DNA of 64,000 nucleotides, taken from assembly GCF_000004825.1 (NCBI RefSeq), contig NW_008805086.1, forward strand, positions 965,410 to 1,029,409. The letters run 5' to 3'. Below, piece by piece: positions 1 to 11,487 of this stretch. A program made the translations under genes and the position numbers. Below the pieces are notes generated by a model, which saw only the letters and a list, made by a program, of their open reading frames with translations, ran no database searches and was not told where the DNA came from. The DNA comes from Heterostelium pallidum (Eukaryota). Positions within the stretch are counted from its first letter, which is position 1. Each line of letters begins with the position of its first letter.

Positions 1-2879
1 CACGCTTACCGTCGTCAGTGAGATGTGAGAGTAGTGCATGGTCTTCCTCTGGGAAGAGAGTACGTGCAATCTCCTCGAGTCGGGTATTGATGTAACGAGG
101 TGCGGACGAATCCTTACCACCGGCCAATCTACTACCGAAACCACCACCTGGATAGAGAACATTGATGTTGTTGGCACCGACATAGGTCTGCGCCAGACCA
201 ATGATAGCGGACGCCAGTGATTGATCACCATGATGGTAGGCCGACTGCTCAGATACATAACCAATCAACTGAGCAACCTTGATCTCCTTCTTTAGATTTC
301 TCTTGAAACAGGAGAATAGAATCTTACGTTGCGAGGTCTTGAAACCGTCGACGATCGATGGAATCGAACGCTCACAATCGGCAATCGAGAAGAGAATCAA
401 TTCCTTGTCGATGAAATCGGTGATCTTTACTTTCTTGATACCGTATTGATCGAGGTAGGCACCCGGTGTGTACTGATCCATCCAGGTCTTACGATCGTTT
501 GCACGCTTCTTGTTGAATGCCTTGTCGATGGCATCGTCGGCACCATTGTCATACTCAAAGTCAATCTTGTGGTTGACGAGCTGCGAGAAGTACTCTTTGG
601 CTTCCTCTTCAGTCGATGTTCCAAGACCCTTGTAGTATTTGATTTCATAGCCTTTTCCATTGTTGTTTGCTTCTCTCCACGCTAAATACTCTGGAATGGT
701 GTAGAATGCAATGGTTTTGTTTCCTTTGGTTGCCTTGATGATTGGTGTGACAAACTCGACCAGGAATCCCTCGATACGAAGAAGCGATGGCCAGAAATGA
801 TGGATGAAATTGAGGAGTAAACCTTTTATGTGAGAACCGTCGTGATCCTGATCGGTCATAATCATCAGGTGACCGTAACGCAGTGACTTGACATCTTCGT
901 ATTGCTTACCGTGTTGCAATCCCATGATGTTGATGATATTGACAATCTCTTCGTTGGTCATCATTGTACGTGCATCGGATTCACGCACGTTCAGCAGCTT
1001 ACCTCTGAGAGGGAAGCAACCGTAGTGGTCCCAACCGACAACAGAGATACCAGAGACAGCCAACGTCTTGGCTGAGTCACCCTCTGTTAAAATCAATGTA
1101 CAATCCTCCGAGTGTGATGTACCTGCAAGATTTGCATCGTCCAACTTTGGTATATTCAAACGTGAACCCTTCTTGGTTGTAGCAGTTGTATTTCTCAACA
1201 TTGCCATTTCCTCTTTATGTTTTGCATATGAAATGATTTGATCTACAATACCTGATTTACTTTCAACAACTAAATAATTATAAAAAGATAAGATTATTAG
1301 TTTAAAAGTTGCTATTATGATTGTTGTTTTCTTGATTGGACTTACTCTTTTTAAGGAATTTTTCGGATGGATGACATTGTGATCCGAATGATGTAATTTT
1401 AGTTGAGAGATTCTCTTTGGTTTGAGAATCGAATGCAGGATTCTCAATGAGTGAGTTTACAAATACAAAGAGATGATTTTTGATGAATGCAGGTTTGATT
1501 TCGGCCTTGGATTTATGTTTCTTTTGTACGGCTTTTCCAATCTCGGCGAGCACATCGTTAAGTGCGTGGGTGACGTGGGTTCCACCCTTGGGGGTACAGA
1601 TAGAGTTTACGAAACTAACTTGGTTGAATTGTCCTTCGTGTGACAATGCTATGGCGATTTCCCAACGTTCGCTGACACGCTCATAGTAGATCTCCGGTGC
1701 CTTCTCCAGTGACTTGAAGTAGAGTTGAATGTAGCTTTGGAACGACTTGATATTGAGATCCTCGCCATTCAGTGTTACCTTGAGCGATGGATTGCAACCG
1801 GCGATATCATAGACACGCTTGGTAAGCAGTGCGACATTGTCGTCGTCGAGCATCGACAACATTCCAAACTTGGAGAGATCCGGATAGAATGTGATCTGTG
1901 TGTAATCGGTAGCCTTGGAGTAGGTGGTGATCTCTGGCTTCTCTCTGTTCTTGAGGTTGGCTTTGAAGGTCTGTTTAAAGAGTTTACGACGGCCGGAATC
2001 GGCACATTCCACCAGGAACTCGGTGGAGAATGCATTGGCCAGTTTCGCACCGAATCCGTTTCTTCCACCGGCCAGACGCTTCTCAGAGTCGTCGTAGTTG
2101 GACGAGGTCAGCAAGTGACCAAAGATCATCTCTGGCACGTACATCTGCTCCTTCTTGTGCATCTCAACTGGCACACCTGGACCGTCGTTCCACACCATGA
2201 TTCGGTTGTGCTCGGGATCGATCTCCACCTTGATTTGCTTCATCTTTTTCTGACCCTCTTGGAGTGGACGCTGAATGTTGTCGGCGGCATTCACAAGGAT
2301 TTCGTCGAATATCTTGTATAGTCCAGGCACGTAGCTGATCTTTCTACGCACCATTCTCTCGTTCTCCCAGATCCACAGCTCCTCCTCTTGTTTCTCGGTC
2401 GATCCAATGTAGGTATCGGGACGCAACAAGATCTGATCGAGTAACTCCATTCTCTTGTAGGTTTCATCGACCGACTTTACATTCTTTGTAATGTTGGTTG
2501 TTGGTTGTTTTCTCGAGTTGTTGTTGTTGCTTTCATCATCGTCGTCATCATCGTCGTCATCTGGAACAACAAAACTATCGTCCTCCAATTCCGATTCGGA
2601 TTCCGCTTTCTTTTTCTTGGCAGCAGCTTTCTTTCTTGGAGCGGCAGCAGGTTTCTTGGGTGCCTTTGTTGTCTTCTTGGGTTTGGGCTCGTCGTCGTCA
2701 TCGCTGTTGTCCAACTCTACAACCTTTGCTTTCTTGGCAGCAGCTGTTGTTGTCTTCTTTTTTGTTGCCGCAGCAGCTGTAGTTGTCTTTTTAGCAGCTG
2801 TTTTCTTCTTTGGTTCTTCATCCCAATCATCATCTGAATCCTCCTCTACATCAGATTGCCAATCTTCATCGTCTGACAT
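1..2879 (-). CDS. top2: DNA topoisomerase II. Exons are complement(join(<1..1269,1346..2879)); the 3' part of the gene runs off the window start.
   Basis: ORF 1302..2879 (ATG at 2879) continues after a 76-nt GTAAGT...TTTAG intron (1270-1345) into an uninterrupted minus-strand frame 1269..1. Diagnostic motifs: LYKIFDEILVNAADN (GHKL ATPase), LTEGDSAKTLAVSGISVVGWDHYG (TOPRIM), DQDHDGSHIKGL and LNFIHHFWPSLL. The N-terminal ~140 aa is an acidic/Lys-rich low-complexity extension. Confidence 0.9.
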
Positions 2880-3314
2880 TCTTTAAAATAATCTTGTTTA
2901 TATAATAAATAAAAAACAATTATAATAACAAAAATAATAGAATAATAATTAAACTAAAAATGTTATAACAACAAAACTAAAAAAATCAAACAAGTGTGTT
3001 TGTTTGTTTTTTTTAAATATAAATAATATGATTTACTACTTAAAATAATCACAGAATTATTCAATTTAGTTAATTGTTTAATTATATAATAATTTGTTTA
3101 TCTATTAAAGAAAAAGAAAAAATATTGTTTGGATTGCTCTGAATTGTTGTAATTAAAACAAAAAAAAAAAAAAGAGAGCGCCAAAATTTTAAATTTTTGT
3201 CAGAAAAAAATGAAGTTAAACAAAAAAAAAAAAAAAAAACAGAATTCTTAGTAAAAAAAATGTAGTTTATTTGTTATCTCTGTTAAGAGAATTGAATTTA
3301 ATACTAATGTAACA

Positions 3315-3480
3315 TTTAAAAGTGATTGACAATTATCGATATCATATCTTGAGATCAACAATTCTTTAGATTCTCAAAGATTTTCTTTTGGGATTCAATA
3401 AAGTCAGGGTTACTCATTAATGACATAATATTTGATATTTCATTGTCTTCATAATATTATTATTATTATTATTATTTATT
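3315..3480. repeat. Diverged direct (tandem) duplicate of the 3'-terminal coding end plus 3' flank of the PARP-like gene; the original copy is ~3530..3700.
   Basis: About 165 bp at 3315-3480 aligns at ~85% identity with 3530-3700 (shared 'aaaagtgattgacaat...ttttcttttgggattcaa(c/t)aaagtcagggttactcattaa(a/t)gacataatatttgatatttcattgtcttca'). Period is ~215 bp. Confidence 0.7.
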
Positions 3481-3576
3481 TATGTACATAAAAGAGATCT
3501 ATGAAAGAGAATTAAGATTGTTAATGTAATATGAAAAAGTGATTGACAATGATTCCCAAGTATCGATATGATACAC

Positions 3577-4749
3577 TTATTTCTTTAGACTTTCCAATAT
3601 TTTCTTTTGGGATTCAACAAAGTCAGGGTTACTCATTAAAGACATAATATTTGATATTTCATTGTCTTCATTATTATCATTGTTATTATTATTACTATTA
3701 TTACTATTATTATCGATACCAAAATGTCTAAATTTGTTGGTTCCATTGGCATTTCTGGTTGTTGGAATGGGATAGGATAGAGGAATTGCTGTAGTTGGTG
3801 GTGGTGGTGGGTGTTGACGGTTGGTTCGTGGTGGTGGTGGTGGTGGCGGCGGTGGTTGACGGTAAATACTTGTGGTTGATAGTGTTGATTTTATCGATGT
3901 ATTGGATGTTGGCATACCACGGGTATAAGCGTCTGAATATGTAATCAGATACTCGGGATAGGCACGACCGTTCTCATAGATGGTAAATATATCACCGCCT
4001 TTATAACTGTCGTAGACACCACGACTTGTGAGATCAGCCATCTGATCAAAGGGCACCGATAAAGCCATTGCACAACTACCTAGTAGCACACGACAATAGA
4101 ACATCTGGTAGATATTGCCTTGGCTCAACGTGTGTCGGTATCCATTGCTGTAGCTAGCGTTCATCGCAAAGTAGTGTGCCTTTCCGAAGCTGCCATAATT
4201 GGAAAACGACAGGTCGAAACCGACAGGATGATCATAGATCTCCGAGGGTCTGTGCGTTCTGGTTCCATGGTAGAGTCGTGATTCAACGATGACGGAACTA
4301 CTTGCATTGTAACGCTTCATCAACTCTAGACACTTGCTATGATAGCTACGCCAGAGTGTTTTGCTCTGAACACGCTCCACCTTTGTAATGTTGAAACTTG
4401 GAAGTGTTTCTCGAAAGTGTTGATGTATTTCATAGAATTCGGTGCCGGATCTGTCGATTTCAACCAATCTGACCTGCTCCTTTTGTGGTAACAGCCAGTA
4501 GAATGGAAAATCATGTTTCTCTGCTATTGCTTCCAGACCAAGTGTATCTACTACTTCGGTTTTGATTGTACTTTTTATAGATTTTCGTTGTGTGTCATCT
4601 TTCAATTGTTCAAAACTACTTTCTTTTTCTCTTATTCTCTTTTGACGTGATGATGATGATGAAGATGTTGCTGAATCTGTTGCTCTTGTAGTCGTCGTCG
4701 TTGTAGTTGAATCATTTTCAGATTTTTTTGGGAGTAAAATGAAATCCAT
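3577..4749 (-). CDS. PARP catalytic-domain protein of the mono-ADP-ribosyltransferase type (TIPARP/PARP7-like), 390 aa, single exon.
   Basis: ORF with ATG in a caaATGg context. Catalytic-like block LYHGT...GFDLSFSNYGSFGKAHYFAMNASYSNGY...QMFYCRVLLG shows the H-Y-(I/L) pattern of mono-ARTs. It is flanked by poly-Thr/Ser at the N-terminus and poly-Pro/Asn at the C-terminus. Confidence 0.65.
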   Translation of the reverse strand: MDFILLPKKSENDSTTTTTTTRATDSATSSSSSSRQKRIREKESSFEQLKDDTQRKSIKSTIKTEVVDTLGLEAIAEKHDFPFYWLLPQKEQVRLVEIDRSGTEFYEIHQHFRETLPSFNITKVERVQSKTLWRSYHSKCLELMKRYNASSSVIVESRLYHGTRTHRPSEIYDHPVGFDLSFSNYGSFGKAHYFAMNASYSNGYRHTLSQGNIYQMFYCRVLLGSCAMALSVPFDQMADLTSRGVYDSYKGGDIFTIYENGRAYPEYLITYSDAYTRGMPTSNTSIKSTLSTTSIYRQPPPPPPPPPRTNRQHPPPPPTTAIPLSYPIPTTRNANGTNKFRHFGIDNNSNNSNNNNNDNNEDNEISNIMSLMSNPDFVESQKKILESLKK

Positions 4750-5789
4750 TTGATCTTGTGATCACTTTATATCATATATTGAAAACATTAATAAGTATAA
4801 TAAGAAATTACTTCCAGTAGATTAAAAAAAAGGATACAAATTCTAAGAATTCATTATCCCTCAACTGAAAAAAAAACAAATAAAATAAATTACAATTTAT
4901 ATTGTTATATTTATAATAAATATTTATATAAATTATTTATTTTATATTTTGATAAGTTTTATTGTTTTTTTTTTTTTTGCTGTCCATATTTCTGATGTAA
5001 AAAAGTAAAAGTAGCATTTTATTTAATCCATTGATTTGCTTAAATGTCGATAAAAAATTTAAAATGTTAAATTTTTTTCAATGATAGTGGTTGTGGCTGT
5101 TTTTCACAATTTTTTTTTCTTCGTTTTTGCAATAGAGATTAATATTAAAAAAATAAAATAAAATATCAAACCTTGTTAGATTTTAATAAAAATTAGATAA
5201 ATAGAAAGTATTTTTATAGTAGATTTAGAATATAAAGTTTGATTTATTCTTTAAAAAAAATTTGAAAGAGTTTGGCCTCTGTTTTTCGATGGGTAAAATG
5301 AGTTTTCCAATCTGCATCGGAGTTCGGAGCAAGCTACAACAAACCCGAGAGATCAAAGAATACAGGGACAGACATATTTATCAATGTTATGAAAAGATCA
5401 ATCAATTTCTCAAAGATCTTCAATCAAAAATTGGTGTTCAAAAAATGGTTATTGTAATATGGGAAATTTATATGAGAAAATCAATGATAGGCAACTAGCG
5501 AAATAGATATTTAACAATGGACCCTACTGATTAAATAAAGCACATATATCAATAGAAATGGTTCAACACACGATATGTGATCTTGAATTTCTATCGATTC
5601 CTTGAATAGTGGATATAAGCTGGTATCTTTCACTTTGCCAATCTTCACTAAATATTAAATTTTGGTTTTTATTTGAATCAAACACAATCAAATCAACAAT
5701 AACCATATAAAATTCAATTGTATAATGTTAGCGATACGAAAAAGCAACTTTGTATTATAGTAGATTGACAAGAAAGTGAGTTAATAAAT

Positions 5790-6100
5790 GAATAAATGAA
5801 TAAATATAATATATATGAATATAAATATATAAATATATAAATATATAAATATATAAATATAAATAAATATAATATTTAAATAAATATAAAAAATATAAAT
5901 AAATATAACACTGAAAATAAATATAAATATTAAGATAGATATAAAGATAAATATAAATAAATAAATATAATACATATAATTGATATATAGAGAAATAAAT
6001 AAATTACTGGATGAATAAATAAATGTATGAAAGGAAGAAAGAAGAATGGGTGGATGAAAGATTGAAAGAAAGAAAGAAAGAAAGAAAGAATGGATGAAAG
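5790..6100. repeat. AT-rich microsatellite cluster: (AAATATAT)n-like tracts at 5790-5980 and (GAAA)n at ~6055-6090.
   Basis: Direct reading shows 'aaatatataaatatataaatatataaatat' and 'gaaagaaagaaagaaagaaagaaag'. Confidence 0.8.
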
Positions 6101-8154
6101 GAAGAATGAAAGTGAATTAGGTGCTAATTCACTGCAGTGCAAATAAATAGAAATATAGTGTAAGAATATAAAAATGTAAAGCGTTGAGCACAATGTGCAC
6201 TGGACTAATACAGTACTTATATTGTATTACCTATATCTATTTATTTATAGAATGATACATACCATATAAACAAATTAAAGGCAAAACTAACCTATACTTT
6301 TTTGGAGAAAAAAAAATAAATTTGAATTAGTTATCTTGAATATACTTGATTATTTACCCACTCCCTGCACTGAGTGTGCCCCTGGTAATCCATTCTATTA
6401 TTATTCACGACTATCATATCAAAATGGAGAAAATCTACATGATAACCGGGTGGCTCGTTCGATGCACCTTTATTGTTGTTACTCAACAATATTTTTCTAT
6501 TTAAAACAAAAAAGTTAATAAGTAAGAATGTTTATCCAAATTGATTTTCAATTACATACATTTTATTTTTAAAGATTGTAGCTGAGTCGATATAATAACT
6601 TGACCACCTTAGTTAGAAATATTGACTAGTTGGCCCTTTATATATTCTAAAGTGGTGCATTTTAAAATATATAGTTTTATAGTGTGCCTACCCTATAATG
6701 CCGGATTGGTCTGTATCAAATAAGTTAGTAAAACATTAATTGAATAATGTATACTAGACATTATTGAGTGACAGCCAGATGGGAGTCTTCATCTTTTACA
6801 TTCGGTAATACCAGAATAATTTGTCGTAGGCATACAAAATTATCTGATATGTTGAACATAAAATTAATGACATACGAAATATAATAAAGAAGTAAATAAA
6901 ATTTATATTAATAAAATTATATGCGTATACCTTTATTGGACTATTCTCTTGATTAAAAATACAAATAAAATCTAGAAAGATCACATTCTTTGTATGAATT
7001 GACCTTTGTATAATAGAATGAATTAGTTAAGTACATTCACAACTTGTTATTTTACAATGGTAATAATATCATATTATAATATACATATAAACATATAAAT
7101 ATAATACTTACAACTTTGATATAAGATTAGGAATTACTTTAGGAATAGTTTTGGTACAAGGAATATAGATTTAATGAATGTAATAAAGTTTAGAGATATA
7201 ATTTATAGTATAATATTTAAAGATAATAGTTTATTTATTTTACAGTTTGAAGATAAGAATAATATTTGGTAATGTTGAATAATGTTGAATAATTAATTAA
7301 TTTCTATAATGGATTTTCCAAGGTATTTATACTGTTGGATTTCTTCGACTAGTGCAGTTGCTCAATCTCAGAAATCTGTTCTTGATTAACTAGTTTGGTA
7401 TTCATTGTAGATTAACTTGTTGGTTATTTCTTTATGTTAACTTTGATAGATTGATATTTTGTTGATTCACTGAATGTTGATATTATTCTAATATATTTAA
7501 TTATTGTTAAACAGCTGGATTATTAATTTAAGTTATTTGAAATCGTGTCCATAAACTGTTTGAATTGTGATAGTTGAATTCTTAATAAATTATTGAAGTG
7601 TCAGTTGATTTGGTTATTATAATTCTAAAATGTTAATTTTAGAACACAACTGCTATATAAGGAACTTATACTTACAATGAACTAAAACATAATATAAAAC
7701 AAAATTTACTACTACCAAATCAATATGCTTCAACATTCAAACACTCCAGATAATGAATCAGGTTGAAAGCGTTATTCTAAAATAATATAGCAAAGTGCTC
7801 ACATTTTGAATTGTGTTTTTGTTAATAACCAAAATCACCTTATTCAATGTTGAAATAAATTTGATTTGAAATGTACTAGACCAGACTCCCATCCGAACAT
7901 ATACATAGCTTCATCAAACCCATAACAACAAATGAAAAAATAGGCGAATTGATTGCAAGATTCTTTACACACTACTGCATATACTATTTCAAAACAAGCA
8001 ATCAAAAATTATTGAATAATTATGATCCACTAAAGATATGTCAAAGAAATAAAAATTAGTAATCTGTATTCATTAAAATAAAACAATTATTACTTACACT
8101 ATCTTTTATGCCTAAACATCTCCACATACCAAAAAGATAATAATAAAATTTGAA

Positions 8155-9771
8155 TTATAAAAATGATTTTAAAACATTTCCAATCATATTTTGAATTGGT
8201 CTTATTACCAGGTTTGATAATGGGTTCTTAATGAGTAGAGTGGAGAAGAGCTGTCCATAGTCCGCTATGGCTGTGAGGCATGGAATTCTTATAATAAGTT
8301 CTCGTAGAGATGGCCAATTGGATAAGAAGTCACCGGCATTGTTCATGTTTTCGTCTTCTTCTGCGGTATTCAACTGGTCCTTGATCTTTTCATATGGAAT
8401 ACAGAATCGATCGATCTCCATTGCATCGTCAGTTTCCTCAACTTGTTCCATGATAGGATCTTCATGTGATGTCATTTCTACATCATTTGATGCTGCTGCT
8501 TCTGACTGTGGTGGAGATTGTTGTTGCAGTGTTTGTGAAAGTTGTTGTAAATAGTTGATTTGTTGTTGTTGTCTATAATCTTGAATCTGCGAGTTGTAAT
8601 TGTTATCGATTTCAAAGATTACGACAATTTCTTTTGCTGGTTTTGATTGTTCCGTTGATTGCACTGTAGTGTTGTGTTGAATAGGAGTATGGAGTGGTGT
8701 TTGGGTTGGAGATTGGATTGGTGATTGAGATGGAGTTTGGATTGGTGTTTGGGATTGTGTTGGAATTGGTGTTTGGATTGGTGTTTGGGATGGTGTTTGA
8801 ATTGGTGTTTGGGATGGGGATTGGATTGGTGTTTGACTATTTACATGAGTTGATTTGTGATGTTTTTGATTGTCCATTGATTCTTGATTATTATCTTCTT
8901 CTCTTATTCTTTTTTTTGTTGAATTGTTATTATTATTATTGTTATTGTTATTTATTTGGTTATTTATTTGGTTATTTATTTTTTTATGTTGACTATTATT
9001 GTCACAATCATCCTCTCTTTCTTTTCTTTTACCACTATAAATCAAGCTCGATCCGATATCATGATCATCGTCACCAAAATCAATCGATTCGATATCAAAC
9101 AATGGTTTACTTTGGGTATTTTGTGTATTATTATGTGTATTATTATGTGTATTATGTGTATTATTCTGTGTATTATTCTGTGTATTAATTTGTTTATTAT
9201 TTTGTGTACTATTTTGTATATTATCTTGTGTATTATTCTGTGTATTATTTTGTGAATTAGTCTGTTTTGTTTTCTTTGTTCCTCTGTAGCCTCTTCTTCT
9301 TTTGTTTGTACCAGAGAGTGTTTGGTCTGGTGTAGTTGTGGTAGCTGGTTTTGGTGAAGATTGAGATGAAGTAGAAGCAGCTTGTGAATTTGAAAGTGTT
9401 GGTTGAGATGGTGACTGAGGTGACGAAACAATTTGTTGTGTTCTTGAAGGTGTGGGTTGTGGAGCTAATTTAGATGTTACATTGGCATAAGTATTTATAA
9501 TATCGCTCATCTCTTTTGCCTTTTCCTTATTTGATTCGTCTACATTCTTGGCAATCTCATTCATTTCTATCATGGTGTTTAGATAGGTGGTATGTGCCTT
9601 ATCTCGAGCTGGTTTCCAAGACTGTGCCTCCTCCTTGGTGGTCGATTCGTAGCCTTTGGAAATTGTAGTCTCTTTACCAACTTGACTTTTCATAGCAGAA
9701 TATTTGTAGATAGTCATTTTGTCAACTTCATTTCCACCCATGAATTTAATGTAATGTTTATTGGCACGCAT
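8155..9771 (-). CDS. Hypothetical low-complexity protein, 538 aa, single exon, with NTQNN and QTPIQTPS repeat tracts.
   Basis: ORF with ATG in an AAAAAAAAGATG context. Internal nucleotide-level tandem repeats at ~8690-8830 and ~9105-9260 encode (QTPIQTPS)n and (NTQNN)n. N- and C-terminal ends are non-repetitive with no recognisable domain. Confidence 0.5.
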   Translation of the reverse strand: MRANKHYIKFMGGNEVDKMTIYKYSAMKSQVGKETTISKGYESTTKEEAQSWKPARDKAHTTYLNTMIEMNEIAKNVDESNKEKAKEMSDIINTYANVTSKLAPQPTPSRTQQIVSSPQSPSQPTLSNSQAASTSSQSSPKPATTTTPDQTLSGTNKRRRGYRGTKKTKQTNSQNNTQNNTQDNIQNSTQNNKQINTQNNTQNNTHNTHNNTHNNTQNTQSKPLFDIESIDFGDDDHDIGSSLIYSGKRKEREDDCDNNSQHKKINNQINNQINNNNNNNNNNSTKKRIREEDNNQESMDNQKHHKSTHVNSQTPIQSPSQTPIQTPSQTPIQTPIPTQSQTPIQTPSQSPIQSPTQTPLHTPIQHNTTVQSTEQSKPAKEIVVIFEIDNNYNSQIQDYRQQQQINYLQQLSQTLQQQSPPQSEAAASNDVEMTSHEDPIMEQVEETDDAMEIDRFCIPYEKIKDQLNTAEEDENMNNAGDFLSNWPSLRELIIRIPCLTAIADYGQLFSTLLIKNPLSNLVIRPIQNMIGNVLKSFL

Positions 9772-9830
9772 CTTTTTTTTGTAAAAAAATATTGATTAAT
9801 AATTGTTTTGAATTCAAATTATATAATTGA

Positions 9831-11487
9831 TTAACTTACTGATCTATTATCTAAAAACTGGAAACGATGATACTCTGTAAAACCAGGAAAGATCTTTATT
9901 TCTTTCTGTTTCAATTCCTTTGGGTTATGAATTTCGACTGTTACTTTGATGGTAACAGCTTCCTTCTCTGATTCAGAGGTCAATTTGTATGTTCTTTGAT
10001 AGTTGTTGTTGTCAGTGGTACTCTTGATTGCATTGATAACATCTTGATCTGTATAGATTGAATCTTTGAAACTCGACTTGTCTGCTATCGCTCTAGAAAC
10101 CATTGAAAAATGTTGATCGCATTCACTCTTTCCGTGATAAGGTGCAAAAGTATTCAATTCGACGAGATACTTTCTTTTGGTTTTGTTTGGAGTGTTTGGA
10201 TCAGCTACTTGCAACTTTGACAATGTATGCATATATGAAAGTATTTCATTTGACTTGAAGTGTCTAGCATTATCACACCAAAATGTAATTTTGTTGATAT
10301 TTAGACTGGTGAATAATGGATCATTGATTAATTTGTCGAGACATGAAATTGCAAATGTCGAACAGTGATTAAGTACTTGTGAAAGACAGTCATAGTAGTG
10401 AATCTTCAGCTTGTCACCTTGCTTATAGAAGAGGACCATTCCAAAGAAGGTACGAGCAGGTTGTTGGTAAAATTCATGGCTTACTTGCACTTTGGATTTA
10501 CCTAATGATATATTCTCTTTAAAATCACAGAGAATAATACACTCTCCTGCCTTTAACTCATTTTTCTAAATATTAATAAATCATTAACTAAATGTATTAA
10601 TAAAATTATAATTACACATGTCAAATAATCATTCTTTCTTTGCTGAACAAACATCTTGTGAATAGTCAAGATTTCAAACAGTTTATGATCTTGATCTGAA
10701 AGTTGCCCAAACTTAATTCGTTTTGACTCGAGAGCCTGATACTGAACACACATTGGACACATGTCGGTTCGATTCTTCATTTCTCTGACATACTCTGGTA
10801 CGAAACTGTAAAATGCACTTCTACCCATGAGTGGATACTTGACTTGATCAACTTTACTCTTCTTGAGGTAATCTGAAAAGCAGGTATTTATGTTTCCTAA
10901 AGCAAGGTTCTTGATTGGCACCAACTCGAATGCTCGTTTACCATCTGCGTCGAGTTCTTTGCTGTACAACCTCATGTTTTTACTTGATTCTTCAGTTATA
11001 TCTTTCATATTGAAGTAACCTTCGACGGCTGTCCTTAGCATCGTGGTTCTTTGTCTTCTTGTCATTTGTCCATTGTGTGTAAATTTAGATCTCCAATTGC
11101 TGATCTCTTCTGCATTAATCAGTCTACCTGCACCATACTTATGTACGTGTTGAATTGCACGATTCCACGCATTATTATCTATTGTGATTCCAAACTCTCT
11201 GATTTCCTTAGAAGTGTAAAAAGGAACTAAACTTGATAACAATCTAGATTGGGAATATTAGTATCAATGATATACAAAATCGTTATTAAATTTAAAACTT
11301 TACTTTTATTACCAGACCTCTCTGATAATTCACTATAGTCCTTATAACGATTACTCTTGACTGGTTTAGTGTTTGAATCACTAACTGATTTTATTGAATT
11401 CAATACTCCTTGTGTATAATTATTGAAAGAGGGAGCCAATGATGGACTATTATTACTCTTATTTTGTGTAGTTAATCTGCTTGCCAT
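9831..11487 (-). CDS. Hypothetical 506-aa protein with a weak DDE-transposase/integrase-like signature. Exons are complement(join(9831..10565,10616..11226,11313..11487)).
   Basis: Three minus-strand ORFs join in phase through two AT-rich introns: GTAATA...TTTAG (11227-11312) and GTAATT...TTTAG (10566-10615). Candidate catalytic acids ILCDF ... (84 aa) ... FWCDNARHF ... APYHGKSECD resemble the Tc1/mariner D..D..E layout (hDNARpH, PxSPDLNPIE). There is also a CPMC motif upstream. Confidence 0.5.

Noticed and set aside
2477-2886. Plus-strand ORFs 2491..2886, 2498..2782 and 2505..2837, and similar ORFs at 8694..9255, 27379..27708 and 28427..28817.
   Set aside because: They are antisense or off-frame readings of low-complexity coding repeats (poly-Lys/Asp/Asn/Thr) inside genes that are clearly defined on the other strand or in another frame. 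They have no start context and no homology.
5262-5498. A 78-codon ORF in the gene desert.
   Set aside because: No Kozak-like AAAATG context, no neighbouring exons in phase and no similarity. It lies in a region better explained as non-coding, possibly a repeat relic.
6430-6470. A tRNA-like T-arm fragment 'ggctcgttcgatgcacc'.
   Set aside because: It has no matching A-box, acceptor stem or anticodon arm and does not fit GGTTCGANTCC, so no cloverleaf can be drawn.
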